64,000 nucleotides of DNA, taken from positions 109,678,001 through 109,742,000 of the forward strand of contig NC_042998.1 of assembly GCF_006345805.1 (NCBI RefSeq). Direction: 5' to 3'. The notes under the pieces are model-generated. The model did no database searches and was not told the origin of the DNA. It saw only the letters and a program-made list of their open reading frames with translations. The DNA comes from Octopus sinensis. Taxonomy: Eukaryota. This document shows positions 28,870-42,746 of the stretch, one piece after another. Position numbers and translations under genes: made by a program. How positions within the stretch are numbered: the stretch's first letter is position 1; each line of letters starts with the position of its first letter.

Positions 28870-29240
28870 TTGAGTGGCTGTGGAGTACAAGTTTGCTTCT
28901 GGACACCATAATTGCGGGCTCACTCTAACTGCAGAGTCTTCTACTAAAGAGTTGTGAGTAAATTTGGGATGGAAAACTGTAAAAAGCCCGTCGTGTATAT
29001 ATAATATATATATATATATTATATATATAATATATATATATATATATCTGTTTGTATATCCGTATGGATGGGTATGTTGTGTGGGTTTTTCAACGGTCTT
29101 GGCGTGTTTACACCCTTGAAAATTAGCAGTTCGTTAGAAGACCAGATAGGCTAAGTACCCGGTTTAGATAAAATATGTACTGAGGTTGATTCGTTACCCA
29201 GCATATCTGCAGTCTAATGACCGAACAAATAAAAGATAAA
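28870..29240 (+). mobile_element. Diverged SINE family B copy
   Basis: gagtggctgtggagtacaagtttgcttc head, aagcccgtcg, (TA)n, then a decayed tail ending gcagtctaatgaccgaacaaataaaaga. Confidence 0.65.
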
Positions 29241-29257
29241 AGACGTATTATAAGCGC

Positions 29258-29657
29258 AGGAGTGGGTGTGCTTCCCATCAACATGGTTCCGGGTTCCGCT
29301 CCACTGCGTGGCATTTGTAATTGCCTTCTAATATAGCCTCGGGCCGACCAAAATCTTGTGAGTGGATTTGGTAGACGGAAACTGAAAGAAGCCCGTGGTA
29401 TATATATATATATTTGTATATATATGAATATATATATATGTGTGTGCGCCTTTGTGTCTTTGTTTGTCCTCCCACCATCGCTTGACGATTGATGTTGGTG
29501 TGTTTATGCCCCCGAAACTTAGCGGTTTGGCAGAAGATTCCGATAGAATAAGTACTAAGCTTACAAAGAATAAGTCCTGGGGTCGCTTTCTTCGACTAGA
29601 GGCGGTGCTTCAACATGGCTGCAGTCAAATGACTGAAACAAGTAAAAGAAAGTAAAA
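29258..29657 (+). mobile_element. tRNA-derived SINE family B (reference copy)
   Basis: B-box-like gggttccgctccactgcgtggca, gtgagtggatttggtagacggaaactgaaagaagcccg, internal (TA)n/(TG)n, tail ggcggtgcttcaacatggctgcagtcaaatgactgaaacaagtaaaag. Confidence 0.85.
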
Positions 29658-29664
29658 GGTACAT

Positions 29665-29721
<57 letters not shown>

Positions 29722-29739
29722 ATATAATATGTATATAGT

Positions 29740-29890
29740 TTGAATTTACAAAAAAACAAAAACAAAACAATTGACGAAGGCGGGTATGTAAACAACAAAC
29801 AGATGTATAATTTTAACGCTCAGTAAGTGAGAAAGTCTTTTACGTTTCGAGCCTACGCTCTTCAACAGAAAGGAACACAGAAATAAACCG
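29740..29890 (-). mobile_element. Penelope-like terminal-repeat fragment with minimal hammerhead (variant core) between (TA)n tracts
   Basis: Minus strand 29872-29837 reads cttt CTGTTGA a gagc-gtag-gctc GAAA cg TA aaag: stem I cttt/aaag, stem II gagc/gctc, palindromic stem III ACGT. Confidence 0.65.
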
Positions 29891-29949
29891 AGTCAGTATA
29901 TATATATGCATATATATATATGTATGTATATATGTATGTATGTGTGCAC

Positions 29950-30044
<95 letters not shown>

Positions 30045-30182
30045 TACATTACTGAGTTAATCCTGTTCGGTACCTAGGTTTTATTTGTGAAGCACTCGAC
30101 TAGTTATGATGAAGATCCCTTAAGAGGAAGTGGAATTATTTGCTTCTCAAAGCTTTGAACAGCTTATTCTCTGCCTGAAACA

Positions 30183-30293
<111 letters not shown>

Positions 30294-30891
30294 ATGCATA
30301 TGTATACACACACACACATATTTTCTTTGAATTCGGAATTATATTCCAAAAACCCTAGATATTTTCTATTATGTATTGGAATATGAATTGGATTTGAGTT
30401 CGATTTTTAGTCGGGCACATATCATTCCTATTAATAACGCACTTGAAAATATAAAGCATAAACAATTTTTTTTAATTCAACACTATTACAAACTATTATA
30501 TTTACTAATTTCAGTTATTGTATTGCGGTCGTACATGGGCAACAGCTTCATTATTATATGTCAAATCTACAGTAATTATTTATGCAATGAATTCAAATTT
30601 TCCTTGAACTCAATATGCAATGTTAACTGTGAAGCTAAATTACAACAAAACGGTTTCGAAAATGAGTTTAGAAAGACTTATTTTACGAGTGTTTCAGTAA
30701 TGAATGCCGAATAGTTGGGAAATGAAAATGATCATAGTTTTGCTTTGTAGTTAACAATTTTGTTTTGCAACCATCTAGTTCTTTTTTTTTTCCTACGGCG
30801 CGATACCTTAGGTACTGTCTCCAACAGTAGCATCGGTTTAACCTCTATTTTGTGAGTGGAATTTATTACACGGCAACTGAATACAAACCAC

Positions 30892-30930
<39 letters not shown>

Positions 30931-30959
30931 TATATATATACACACACACATTTATTTGA

Positions 30960-31150
30960 ATGCATATTCTTTATGTTGCATGTCTCGTTTCTCTGTTTTT
31001 TTTCGTCTTTCGAAATAAAGTTCGTTTTCTATGTTTTTGTTTTTATGTTTTCGTTTCTCATTGTGTTTAACGTTTTTTTTTTGATGTTCTGTACCCATAT
31101 ATGCATGTATATATACATATATACGTAGGTATGTACATATATGTATGTAT
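30960..31150 (+). repeat. Unclassified interspersed repeat; second copy at about 42455-42630
   Basis: tttatgttgcatgtctcgtttc...ttcgaaataaagttc...ctgtacccatatatgcatgtatatatacatatatacgtaggtatgtac aligns with tttatgttgcgtgtcttgttttc...ttcgaaaaaagttc...ctgtgcccacatatgcatatgtatatacatatatatgtaagtatgtac. Confidence 0.65.
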
Positions 31151-31217
31151 ATATGCATATATTTATATATTATTATATGTAAATATATATGTATATATAT
31201 ATATATATATTTCTTTA

Positions 31218-31340
31218 CTACCCACAAGGGGCTAAACTTAATTTATCGACCCCGAAAGGATGAAAGGCAAAGTCGACTTCGCGGCGGAATTTGAAATCAG
31301 AACATAACGGCAGACGAAATACGGCTACGCATTTCGCCAC
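31218..31340 (-). mobile_element. SINE family A fragment
   Basis: ttaatttatcgaccccgaaaggatgaaaggcaaagtcgac...gaatttgaaatcagaac. Confidence 0.8.
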
Positions 31341-31384
<44 letters not shown>

Positions 31385-32103
31385 TATATATATATATATT
31401 ATATCTGTGTGTGTGTGTGTGTGTGTGCGTGCATATATATATGCGTATATCCGTGTCTGTTTATGTTTACGCATTCATGCATATATATAATCAGATATAA
31501 TCTATAATCGCACAATACTTAGATTCTTGTCATTAGATTAATGTTCGAAGTCCTATATCATCAATAAATTATAATTTGAGTTTTGACAGCTGCAACGTTA
31601 ATGTTAAAATGGCTGAGCTCTTTGTTAATTATGTACAACAACTCATTAATTTTAAAGAAGTTTGATGCATGCAACATTGCTTTGAATTAGTTGACGATAA
31701 CACCACCTATCTAATGTATATATTAAACAGTGTCTCTAACCATATCTGCATATCTGTACACGTAAGTTATTGCTGCACTTGGTTAGGGTTACGAAATATG
31801 TAAGTAGCAAAGTCGAGTTATTGAGGCTTTTGATGCGGAGAAAATAACCGGTTAACGAGCAAATTGTAAATTCCATCTAGATGAAACAGTAAAAGTTATA
31901 AGGCTTAAAATATTTTTTTTTTACTCACCAGCAAATGAGCTCGATTGGCCTTTACTGGAAAAATTGAAATAATTAGAAACAAAAACACTACATATCTATG
32001 TGTACATTAATTTACAAATTCATGCATATGTGTCTTGTATTCAGATTGGCGCGCACACACTCATACAGATAGACATATATGTAATATATATATATATATA
32101 CAG

Positions 32104-32135
<32 letters not shown>

Positions 32136-32159
32136 GTATATATACATACACAGAGACAG

Positions 32160-32196
<37 letters not shown>

Positions 32197-32280
32197 AGCG
32201 TATGTATGTATGCGAGTACGTATATATAAGCATATATATCTAAATGTATATGTTAGTGTATGTATGTTTAAAGATCTGTA

Positions 32281-32473
32281 GCACCTCATCGGTTACAACG
32301 ACGAGGGTTCCAGTTGATCCGATCAACGGAACAGCCTGATCGTGAGATTAACGTGCAAGTGGCTGAACACTCCACAGACACGTGTACCCTAAAAGTAGTT
32401 CTCGGGGAAATTCAACGTGATACATAGTGTGACAAGGCTGGCCCTTTGAAATACAAATACAACAGAAACAAGA

Positions 32474-32475
<2 letters not shown>
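32281..32475 (+). mobile_element. Probable SINE body/tail fragment (third family), ending at (AG)n
   Basis: GC-richer block gcacctcatcggttacaacgacgagggttccagttgatccgatcaacggaacagcc...gacaaggctggccctttgaa; recalled as a common mollusc/cephalopod SINE segment, not verified. Confidence 0.5.
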
Positions 32476-32526
<51 letters not shown>

Positions 32527-32531
<5 letters not shown>

Positions 32532-32694
32532 GTAGTGAAAGCGTACGGCAGGTTTCACCACCACTCCCTACAGGAGCCTCATGGAGCTTTAGGTGTTTTC
32601 GCTCAAGAAACACTCACAACGCCCGGTCTGGGAGTCGAAATCGCGATCCCACAACCGCGAATCCGCTGCTCTAACCAGTGGGCCATTGCGCCTC
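32527..32694 (-). mobile_element. tRNA-derived SINE head (fourth family)
   Basis: Minus strand gaggcgcaatggcccactggttagagcagcggattcgcggttgtgggatcgcgatttcgactcccagaccgggcg has A-box and B-box spacing but no intact cloverleaf. Confidence 0.75.
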
Positions 32695-33262
32695 TACTGT
32701 ATAAAGATATACATATATACATAGACACATACATAAACACATATAAACATTCTTGTGATCAAATTAATATTCGATGACCTATATCATCATATTACCAATA
32801 AACTTTACTTAAGTTTTGACAGTTACAGTGTTAATGTTGATCGAGTTGGTCGCTTGTAAATTATACACAGCAAGTCATTAAATTTAAATGAGTCTAACAC
32901 ATGCAACATAGCTTTGAATTAGTCAACGAGAATATAACGCATTTAGTATATTGTGTATATCATACCTTTTACATTGTATATTCGCGACTGTGATACTAAT
33001 ACTAAAACATAATGAACAAGATAAGTGTTTAGACAAATGGGAATTAAGAGAAATATAGTTGGTTATTTAAATGGTTTTGCGAGACGTATCAACGAATTAA
33101 ATTACATTAATCCTCTTTGAAGTGAGATTTGTTTTAACTTTCAGTCCAGGGCTTCGATTCGCTTTACACAATAAAACATTTCTAGGAGGAGAGTCAGTAA
33201 TAAACATTCATGTTGTATCACAAGTACTACATACGTACTTAAATACATATACGCATACTCTC

Positions 33263-33302
<40 letters not shown>

Positions 33303-33599
33303 TCATGCATACATTTGTATGTACGTCAATATTCATGCTTACGATGGACTATATTCACACATTTTTCTAATATTTTTCTTATATGCTTGCATTGATGAGT
33401 TGTGCTTCATCTTCCGTGATTTTATGCATGTATATTCTATATGAAAGAAAAAGCATTATGTGATTAAATGTTCGAGATGTGAAATGTTACGTGGATGACC
33501 TTATATTTGTTTGTTCTGCAACCATAGTTTAATACTCATGCTTACGTACATACATCCGGTCGTTGCGGCTTGATGTTGATGCTAAAACAACATACAGTG

Positions 33600-33775
33600 C
33601 GAGCCGTAAGAGAATAATGGATGTGTCATTCGTCCCTGTAAGTTAGCGGTTCGGCAAAAAGAGCCAATATAGTTAGTACTCTACTTAAAATGAACTGGTG
33701 TCGATTTGCATTGACTAAACACTTCAAGATGATGCCTTAGATTGGAAGGTGCATAATGACTGAAACAAGTATATT
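33600..33775 (+). mobile_element. Decayed SINE family B tail
   Basis: cgtccctgtaagttagcggttcggcaaaaagagccaata...aatgactgaaacaagta. Confidence 0.6.
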
Positions 33776-33839
33776 GAATGTAAACATGTCTCCATCTTTC
33801 TGTTTACTCATCTCACTTTTTCTTTCTTTCTTTCTCAAT

Positions 33840-33911
<72 letters not shown>

Positions 33912-34521
33912 ATATATATATATATATACACACACATATATATATATATATACACACGTATGTATGTATATACTACGTTTGTATCTGTTTGTGTTAGTTT
34001 CTTTAGCGATAAGATGTGTAGAAAACTATACCACTTATTTGACAAATACAGAAACGTAACACTGGTTCCAAAATATATTTTATTTTTAACGGTAAAAGTA
34101 AACTCTAAATTTAGTCTAGCATAGTCTGCTCGAAAGGAAATATGAACGCAAAAATCCCAAAAGCAAAAGCAGAATAGCCCAGATTCATTCAAAAAATTAA
34201 ATGTGTAATAATGGAAGTTTGTAAATGTTTATCGGTAAATTAATTTTGTATTATGTAACCTTTAAATCCGAGTAATGTATGTTTAAACACGAAGGATATG
34301 TATTTAATTATATTCATAAAATATCAGACTCTCTCTCTTTCTCTCTCTCCCTCCTTTCTCTGTCTGTTTCTCGCATCCTCATCATGTGCCTATCTGTTTG
34401 TCTGTCTGTCCACTTTATGTATGCGTTCTTAGTGATAGTTAAATCAAACCACATACACACACATATGTATACTCACTCTCTTTTCCTTTTGGATATATTT
34501 TTTAATATTTGGTGTGGTTAA

Positions 34522-34723
34522 GACGGCGAGTTGGTAGACTCGTTAGCACGCCGGGCAAAATGTGTTGCGGCATTTTGTCTGTCTTTACGTTCTGAGTTCA
34601 AATTCCGCCGAGGTCGACTTTGCCTTTCATCCTTTCAGTTCAATAAAATAAGTACCAGTTGATTACTGGGGTCGACTCACCACTTCCCCCGAAATTGCTG
34701 ACCTTGTGCCAAAATTTGAAATC
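34522..34723 (+). mobile_element. SINE family A, full length, with 16-bp TSD
   Basis: Flanks aatatttggtgtggtt (34504-34519) and aatatttggtgaggtt (34724-34739); B-box gagttcaaattcc. Confidence 0.9.
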
Positions 34724-35329
34724 AATATTTGGTGAGGTTGAAATGTTGATTTACATATGGGAACCCGGGTAAAGAAAAAATTACGCTTCAAAACAAAAAT
34801 AACTGAGTAATAAAAATGTTATTACTTTTAATAATATAGTAAGCTGATTAACTAATTTTACCGATTAGAAGACTTGCAAGTCACTTGGCCCAGAGCTAGG
34901 TGCTCAATTTGAGAATAGTTTCTCTCTCTGAAATATCAAGAGCGCTGTAATATGAGCGCTACGTTCATGCCAAACTCACGATTGCTTTTTAGAAAGGATC
35001 TCTAATGCTAAATTCACATAATATCTCACCTCTCATCCCAAAAATATAGTCCAGTTAGCATTGTAAATATTACTTCAGTATGATCTCAACCCAGAGAAAC
35101 AACGAAAAAAAAAAAGAAGAGAGAAAACAGATCAATAGTTTCTAATATTTCGGCATTAGATGCACTGGTATCGCAAACGAATAATAAATATTTCGCGCCC
35201 TGTCGGGAAGAAAGTTACTACTTTCTTGGTCTGTCCGGAAATTGTGTTTAACAGGCTTATCACTTATGCTAAAATCAAAGCTGTTAATTCATAATTTATT
35301 TGTTAGTGTGTAAATACCAGTGAAATATT

Positions 35330-35546
35330 GGTTTCAAATTTTTGGCAGAAGGCCAGCAACTTTGGGTGAGAGGGTAAGTCGATTACGTCGACTCCAGTGC
35401 TCAACTGGTACTTATTTTATCGACCCCGAAAGGGATGAAAAGCAAAGTGGACCTCGACCGCGTGTGAACCCAGAATGTACTGGCGGATTAAATGCTTCTA
35501 ACCATTTTGTCCGGCAGGCTAACGATTCTGCCAGTTCACCGCCTTA
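35330..35546 (-). mobile_element. SINE family A with 11-bp TSD
   Basis: agtgaaatatt at 35319-35329 and 35551-35561 flanks a family A core and head. Confidence 0.85.
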
Positions 35547-35944
35547 TATTAGTGAAATATTAAAAGCATAAAAACAATTATAATAAATGTTTGCTATTTC
35601 ACGCCCCCACTTCCCACCAGGTAATTCCTAATCCAGAAGACGTGTTATCGAAGATGTTTCGCTTATTATCTTCATGTTTTATATTTCGACGTAATAGACC
35701 ATTGGCCTCTATTTAAGAGTGGATGGTGTTGCATGAGGTGGATGGTGATAATAACGAAGGAAGAAATGATGAAGGTGGAGGTAATGATGATGATAACGGG
35801 TGCATGATATAGATAGTGATGATGATAATAGAGACAGTAACTTTGATTATTATGATATTGATGGTACTAGGAATTATTGTTATCCTGTGATGATAAGGAG
35901 GAGGTTAAAGATGACAGCGTGATGAGAGGAAGGATAATAATGAC

Positions 35945-36120
35945 TTCTAATAGGCACAAAACTAGAAATTTTGGTAGGAGTCAACTCTAGAATACATCAA
36001 CTCCAAATCTTTACTGACACACTATTTAATTTACTCCGGAAGGATGTAAAACAACGTTGATCTTAACGGAATTCGAACCTAGAACATAAGGAATCAGAGC
36101 AAATTCTGCCAATTCACCAA
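35945..36120 (-). mobile_element. Highly diverged SINE family A copy
   Basis: ttactccggaaggatgtaaaacaacgttgatcttaacggaattcgaacctagaac...attctgccaattcacc. Confidence 0.55.
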
Positions 36121-37507
36121 TAACAGTAAATGACGCAACAGTAACACAAAGTGTCTTAAAACTGAAGATCTAATCAGTAAAGTGGTTCAAAATCGTAAAC
36201 ATAACAGCAAATAGAACAAATAGAACTGCAGTGGAAGGGCGAAAAAAACACAAAGAAACAAATACAAAAGCAAAAAAAGCATAAAAAAGCAACAACCACA
36301 AAGGCTTCAAAATAGAGACTTAGAGTCAGTACATGAATTGATATTGCATATCTACAGACTGTCTAGAATTATAGAACACTGTTGACATTATTTCGGCCGC
36401 TAACTGTCACCTTCTGCCTTCGCCACAACCACAAGTCCAGAACGATGAGTTCGCAGTTTTGCAGCTAATAAGATCTTTTCAAACCGTCATATAATCTGTC
36501 GATAAATCATAAAGCCATAATGCAAGTAGATTTATAATTGATGAATGAGTTCCATTTAATCGAATTTAACTATGTATGATGGTGGAATTCAGTTCTTTTT
36601 ACTAATGAATCTCAAAAACTATGAAATTCCCAAAACCAGTCGCACGTCATCCAATCAATAGTAAGAAGCTATCTTTTGAATAATTCAACCAAGGATTGTG
36701 ATCGTCGTATCTCCAGGTTCATACAGAACCATATATTTTATGGTCAGCTTGCACCAATTTGATGTTTTTAAACTAGCGAGGGAGCAAATAGTTACTCAGC
36801 TTGTTAGAAGTAGCAACCAAATCTTTCTCCATATCGTACACTAATAATGAAGTGCATCCTGGACGATGTGTTTATGACTATATAAAAAGATACGTTTACA
36901 CAGAGATGCCTAGGTGGGCTCGATCACGACTGACTGGGAACACGCAACAACAACAGAAATAGCAGCAACAACATTAACAATTTATTAATATTTTAATAGA
37001 AAATATGAGCTTCATAACGTATATATTTTATCTAATAATTGTTTCAGTCATTGGACTGCAGCCACCTTGAAGTATTTTGATCGAACGAGTCAACCCCAGT
37101 ACTGTGAGAGGAAGGATTTTATAGAGTGTCTAACAAGGACTTCATAGATACGATATATTGTGAATGATGGATTAAAGAGAGAGGGAAGTGATAATAAATT
37201 CAGTTCAAGAAGAAAAGCGGTAGGTGCTGAAATGGTAGCTGAAGAGTCAAAGAATAAATATATATCTATAAACAATATATACATGTATATATAAATATAT
37301 ACATAGTATCATACAGTGGCTTTGGAATTGCTTCTTACGCACAGATACACACACTCGCTCGTGCACAACGTAAACAAATTCACACTCATACATCTATAAT
37401 ATATAATATACGTGTATGTATACATGTATATATACACACACACATAAATATATATAGAGAGGGGGGGAAGTAAGAAGAGAAAAGATGCAAAGGAAATGAC
37501 AGTCGGT

Positions 37508-37549
<42 letters not shown>

Positions 37550-40500
37550 TATATAGAAGGAAAAAGGTAAAGAAAGAGAAGAGAGTGTCACGACTACACA
37601 TATATATATCATGAAAAAAAACACATTGCAGCCCTGCATACACATAAACACTCCCATACATATACACACCATAACGCACATATTTATCAAAACTACAGCA
37701 AGCACCAACCTAAACAAACAGCAAAAATTTTGGTAAAAGTTTTTTTGATTTGAAAAATGTGTGTTTAGCTGCACAAGGATTTAATTGACAATTGCACCCA
37801 CAAAGAAACTAACTTCGTTCGCTCTACACTTGTCACACCAGAAAATTAGATTCTAGTGATTATTTTAAACGAACAGAAATCAAAGGCTAACGTCAGAACA
37901 GAAGCAATCCACAGTAAAGTGAGCAGTATCAATTGTAAAGTTTTATTCATCGATACCTAATTATAGTTTACTGCCTTATTAACATTATTGAATTTTGTTT
38001 TAAGACTCTCATTAACTTTGCTGTGTGACTGATGCTATCGACGATATCAAAGAGTAAGATACCAGATCAACTAACAATTGATAGACGCCACTAAAATTAA
38101 GAGGAAATCTGTATAACGTCAGCTTATGATTACGTCTGCCCCAATTGTGTCATTGGCCGAAATTAAGCATCGTGCGTTTGTGTATGTGCATATATATGAG
38201 TGAGTATATATGTGTTTGCATGTATAAATATGTATATGTTGTATGCGCATATGTGTGTGTGTGTATGTGTACGTAATTGTTTGTTATAAGGTATATGTTA
38301 TATGGTGCAGATTTTTATTAATTTTCTTTGAGCAATGATGATTAAAATAATTAATTAGAAAATAAACAAGAGAGTAATAGTTGATCGTCGTGACAATATA
38401 GTATTAGCAAGGAGAATTTTCGGATAGGAGAATTTTATTTCATTCATTTGCATGTATAAAATCAACAAGGTAAAAAAATAAAAGCATGGCAAATGTAAAG
38501 AATTAAAATAAATCAACTTAAAAAGTCTTAATTTGGCTGGGTAGTTATTTTAATCCTCAATTTTGCAACATGGCTTCTTAGTTCAAATACTATATTTTTT
38601 CAAATTTTAAACAAACAGGCATGTTCAATTTGTTGATATTTATCATTCCTAAAGATAAAATACATATTTCTTAAAGTTTTAGTCGTGTGGAAATGAAAAG
38701 TAGTGATGTATTTCATCAACGGTGAGAAATTTTAAACTTTATTGGTTAGAAGTAATTGTACGGTTTCAACTAGAAAATCGAACCAGTTTTCAATCTCGAC
38801 TAGCTTAGAACATTATTTCATGACTTTAGATTGAGCTGACATCTTAAATCTGTGGTCGTATTTGTTTCTTATATATAGTATGTGAATATGAATATGTGAT
38901 AGTGATGCCGTCTAAAAGGCATTAGAATTCCATATAGTTTAAACATAATCATTTGAAAGCTACAAAATTTTTATATACAATCCTGTTTAACTCTTACACT
39001 GGAGCAAACCAGTTATTTTAATGCCTAACTTTGCAAATAATCTCTCCATATACTAGAAACGTTGTTTTCACCGTATAAATACTGAGATTTTGATAAGATT
39101 ACTGTAGTAACCCATCATTATGACGATATATTTCAATCGTTACGATGGAGCAGTTGCCTGAATATGTCTGCAATAATCAAAAATAGCTCAGTGAAGCTTT
39201 TGCACGGAGAAAATCTTTCATACAGTTGTATATTAAAAAAAAAAGCCTATTCATCGGAAAGACACATTTTAGTTTCTTATATGAAATAGTTCTTTAGTTT
39301 TCTAATTATTGTAGTTTTTATCTGGCTCAGTTTAACTTCTTATGCACATTCGTTAAGCAGTAGTAATTTCGTGTTCCATATTATTCACCTGCACAATGGA
39401 AGCTTGCCAACATCAAATATCGATCACAATCGTTCAATTAAAACCCATCATGTACTGCGTTCTCTGAGCATTTTACAAGAATCCTACTGAATAGTCAATA
39501 AAAGCATCGCTTTTTTTCAGTCCAAAGCATTTTTCAAATTTTGCATTTACGCCATTGAATGTGTCAAATGATAATCACGGGGAATTAAAGAAAATTATTT
39601 GCATACTCAAAGACATTATGCCATTGTTGAGTCGTTGAATATTTATTAACATTTGAGTCAGTTATTACCTTACACGCATTGGAAATTTGGTGTGTCACGA
39701 CGCTAAAGATGTTGTGTGTAAACAAGGAAGTTACAGTTTCGGTTATAGCTAATGAGCAATGCTTCCCATAGGTCATGTGATTGTAATTCAATTCCAAAAC
39801 ATTTTTTTCTGAGTTACTGACCTACAAAATAAATATTCATTCAATGTTTCTCACCTCAGCTATGAAAGACATTGATAATATAATCGCAGAGACACACGAA
39901 TGTAGTTATAGAAGAACAGAGCAAATCGATGTCTATTATTATCGTTGTAATTAATAATATTAATTACGGTTTCTTTTATTAGCCATAAGTCTACATAACA
40001 AAATAATTCATATTAATAATTAACATAATAGGGTTTTATAGTTAATTTGTAATCTATATCCTGAAATCGTAATTAATATAAATATTAGTGTGTTACAATA
40101 ATTTCGCTTTATATTGTAAATATCATACAATTGTTGTTTGGAGAAAACTAATTGGGACTGATGCGAAAAATATTATTCTGAATATGTGTTTTTAAGAAAG
40201 AAATTAATATTTCTTTTCATACAATATCTGTTTACAATCTCAAATAAACACAACGTGTAAAAAACATTGGTATAAAGATATTTTGTATTAAGAAAAACAA
40301 ACAACACTTCATTATTCATATAATATTTTTCAGAGAGACTTTAGTCTCTGAACTCTATTATAATTTTGTGGCACAATGCTATTCACTAGAAGCCATGGCA
40401 AATGTTGCTTCTATAAGAAAACAAAAAAATTGTCAATAATTGATAGTTCGAAGTTTTTAGATGAACAAAAATTGAATGAGAAAGGAGAGAAACTGAGTGA

Positions 40501-40557
40501 GATAGGTAAACAGATAGAGTAAGAGTGAGAGAAAGAGAAAGAGAGAGTGTGTGTGTT

Positions 40558-40592
<35 letters not shown>

Positions 40593-41465
40593 ACGTGAGA
40601 GAGAAAATGAGAAAAGGAGTAATGAAAGATGTTTATTGTGTGTTATAAGAAAATATAAAGTTGGAATATTCTATTTATACGTTCATTATAGGTATACTGC
40701 CATAAACAAACCAGGATGGAAAATTTTGAGAATGGCCAGATCATGGAAGGTAAACAGTTAAGCTAAACCTCTTTTTAGAGGTATTGTTGTTAGAAAATTC
40801 ATTAAAATAATGCACCAATACATGTAAAAATACACATATACTTTGATATTTTTCGGATCTGATATTAGTGTCTTGAAAATAGAAAATATAGCAAAAATAA
40901 TGCAAAAAATACCTAGCATGCATTCTCAATCTTATCCTTATGTTATAAAAAGTACATTCAACAGTTAATAGCTTATCTTATGACATTCGATTAGAAAACA
41001 TATCTCACCTTAATTGTGATAAAAAATTTCTCCGTAGTCTTCTTATATATCAGAATTAGAAACATGAGTTTGCTTATTTGTTGAAATGAATTTCCAGATT
41101 CTAGATCTAAGCAATTAATTAAACTATGAAAGGCATAGTGTTCTCAAATTGAGCCAAGATTTATGAATATCATGCATCTAAATATTAATAGTAATTATGA
41201 AACTTTAATTGGGTTAAATTTGTGATATAAATGTGTTAAAATTGATATTATTCTTCGAAGTTGATACAATTCTACTAAGTTGCTTCGTATTAAATGATAA
41301 TTGGAGAATTATTATTTTAGTGATTAAAAGATCTCAATGTTTATAATGCCTCTTAATTGCAGCCTGAACAACTGAATGAGGGGGAAGGGAATACATGTGT
41401 GTAACTGAAATTAAAATACATCTGTTACATATATATATATGTTCATTCACACACACATATTTAAA

Positions 41466-41526
<61 letters not shown>

Positions 41527-41549
41527 ATATATAATATATATATATATAT

Positions 41550-41920
41550 ATACATATCCATACATATACATATATGGATATGTATATACTGACATATAAT
41601 ATGTATAGTAACTAGGGAAAGTATAGGACAATGTTCGGGCGATTCATAAGTCATTTTAGCATTTCATTAGTAAACTTTTGCAGATGCAATTTTCTTTTTA
41701 TAGATTATTATAATTATAGATAATACTATGATGCTATCTTGTAAAGTGTATTTATTAAGATAAAAGAACATTAATTTCTCTTCAAATGGTACGACATAAT
41801 AGTAATCTTGTTCATTTGTCCAGGCATAACAAGTTCAGCTGTTGACGTCGGTCATTTTGACTGGCTCTATGTATGGCAGGGCAGTAGACCAGCTATCTTG
41901 GAATTTCTGATATGTGTATA
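41550..41920 (+). repeat. Direct duplication, copy 1 (about 370 bp; copy 2 at 42747-43118)
   Basis: Near-identical non-repetitive sequence from atacatatccatac to ggaatttctgatatgtgtata; one 1-bp indel noticed (tagattatt versus tagatttatt). Confidence 0.9.
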
Positions 41921-41954
41921 TATATATATATATATATATCAATATATATATATA

Positions 41955-42355
41955 AAGTTGTTTCAGTAATTTGACTGCGGCCACTTTGGAGCACAGCCTT
42001 AAAGGGTTTTTAGTTGAAGAAATCGACCCCAGGACTTAGTCTCTGTAAGGTTAATCCTCGTTTGATGAACTGCTACGTTTCGGGGATATAAACACACCAA
42101 CATCGGCTGTCAAGTGATTGTAGGGTGATAAATACACGCATATATATTCTTTTATTATTTTATTTGTTTCAGTCACTTCAGTTCGGTCATACTGTAGCAC
42201 CGCCTTTAGTCGAGCAGATCGACTCCGGAACTTATTCTTTGTAAGCCTAGTACTTAATCTATCGGGGTTTTTCTGCCCAACTGCTAGATTACGGGGACGT
42301 AAACACACCAGCATCTGTTGTCAAGCGATGCTGGGGTGACAAATACAGACACACA
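41955..42355 (-). mobile_element. Two tandem SINE family B tails
   Basis: tttcagtaatttgactgcggcc... (41961) and tttcagtcacttcagttcggtcatactgtagcaccgcc... (42167), each ending aaacacacca.catc..tgtcaag.gat. Confidence 0.8.
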
Positions 42356-42375
42356 AAAATATATACATACATACG

Positions 42376-42408
<33 letters not shown>

Positions 42409-42746
42409 CTCGAAATACGGAATAGAAAAACAGCCAACAACTGATGAAGTGTCGTTATTTATGTTGCGTGTCTTGTTTTCCATTTGTTTCTATCGTTGTT
42501 CGAAAAAAGTTCATATTCCATGTATTCGTATTTCGTATTTCATGTTGTTTACGTTCTGTGACGTCCTGTGCCCACATATGCATATGTATATACATATATA
42601 TGTAAGTATGTACATATATGTATGTATATATTCATAGATATATTATTTATATTATTCTATGATTGAATGCCACACATCCATTTCCAAGTAACTTTTATCT
42701 ATCTATCTATATATATATATACACACACACACACATATATATATAT

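Noticed and set aside
37800-38170. Promoter-like cluster (CCAAT, TGACGT, TCAGT on the minus strand, downstream gttagt donor)
   Set aside because: These short motifs are expected by chance; there is no transcript evidence.
42445-42515. ctgatgaag...cgaaa as another hammerhead
   Set aside because: No convincing stem I, II or III pairing found by eye.
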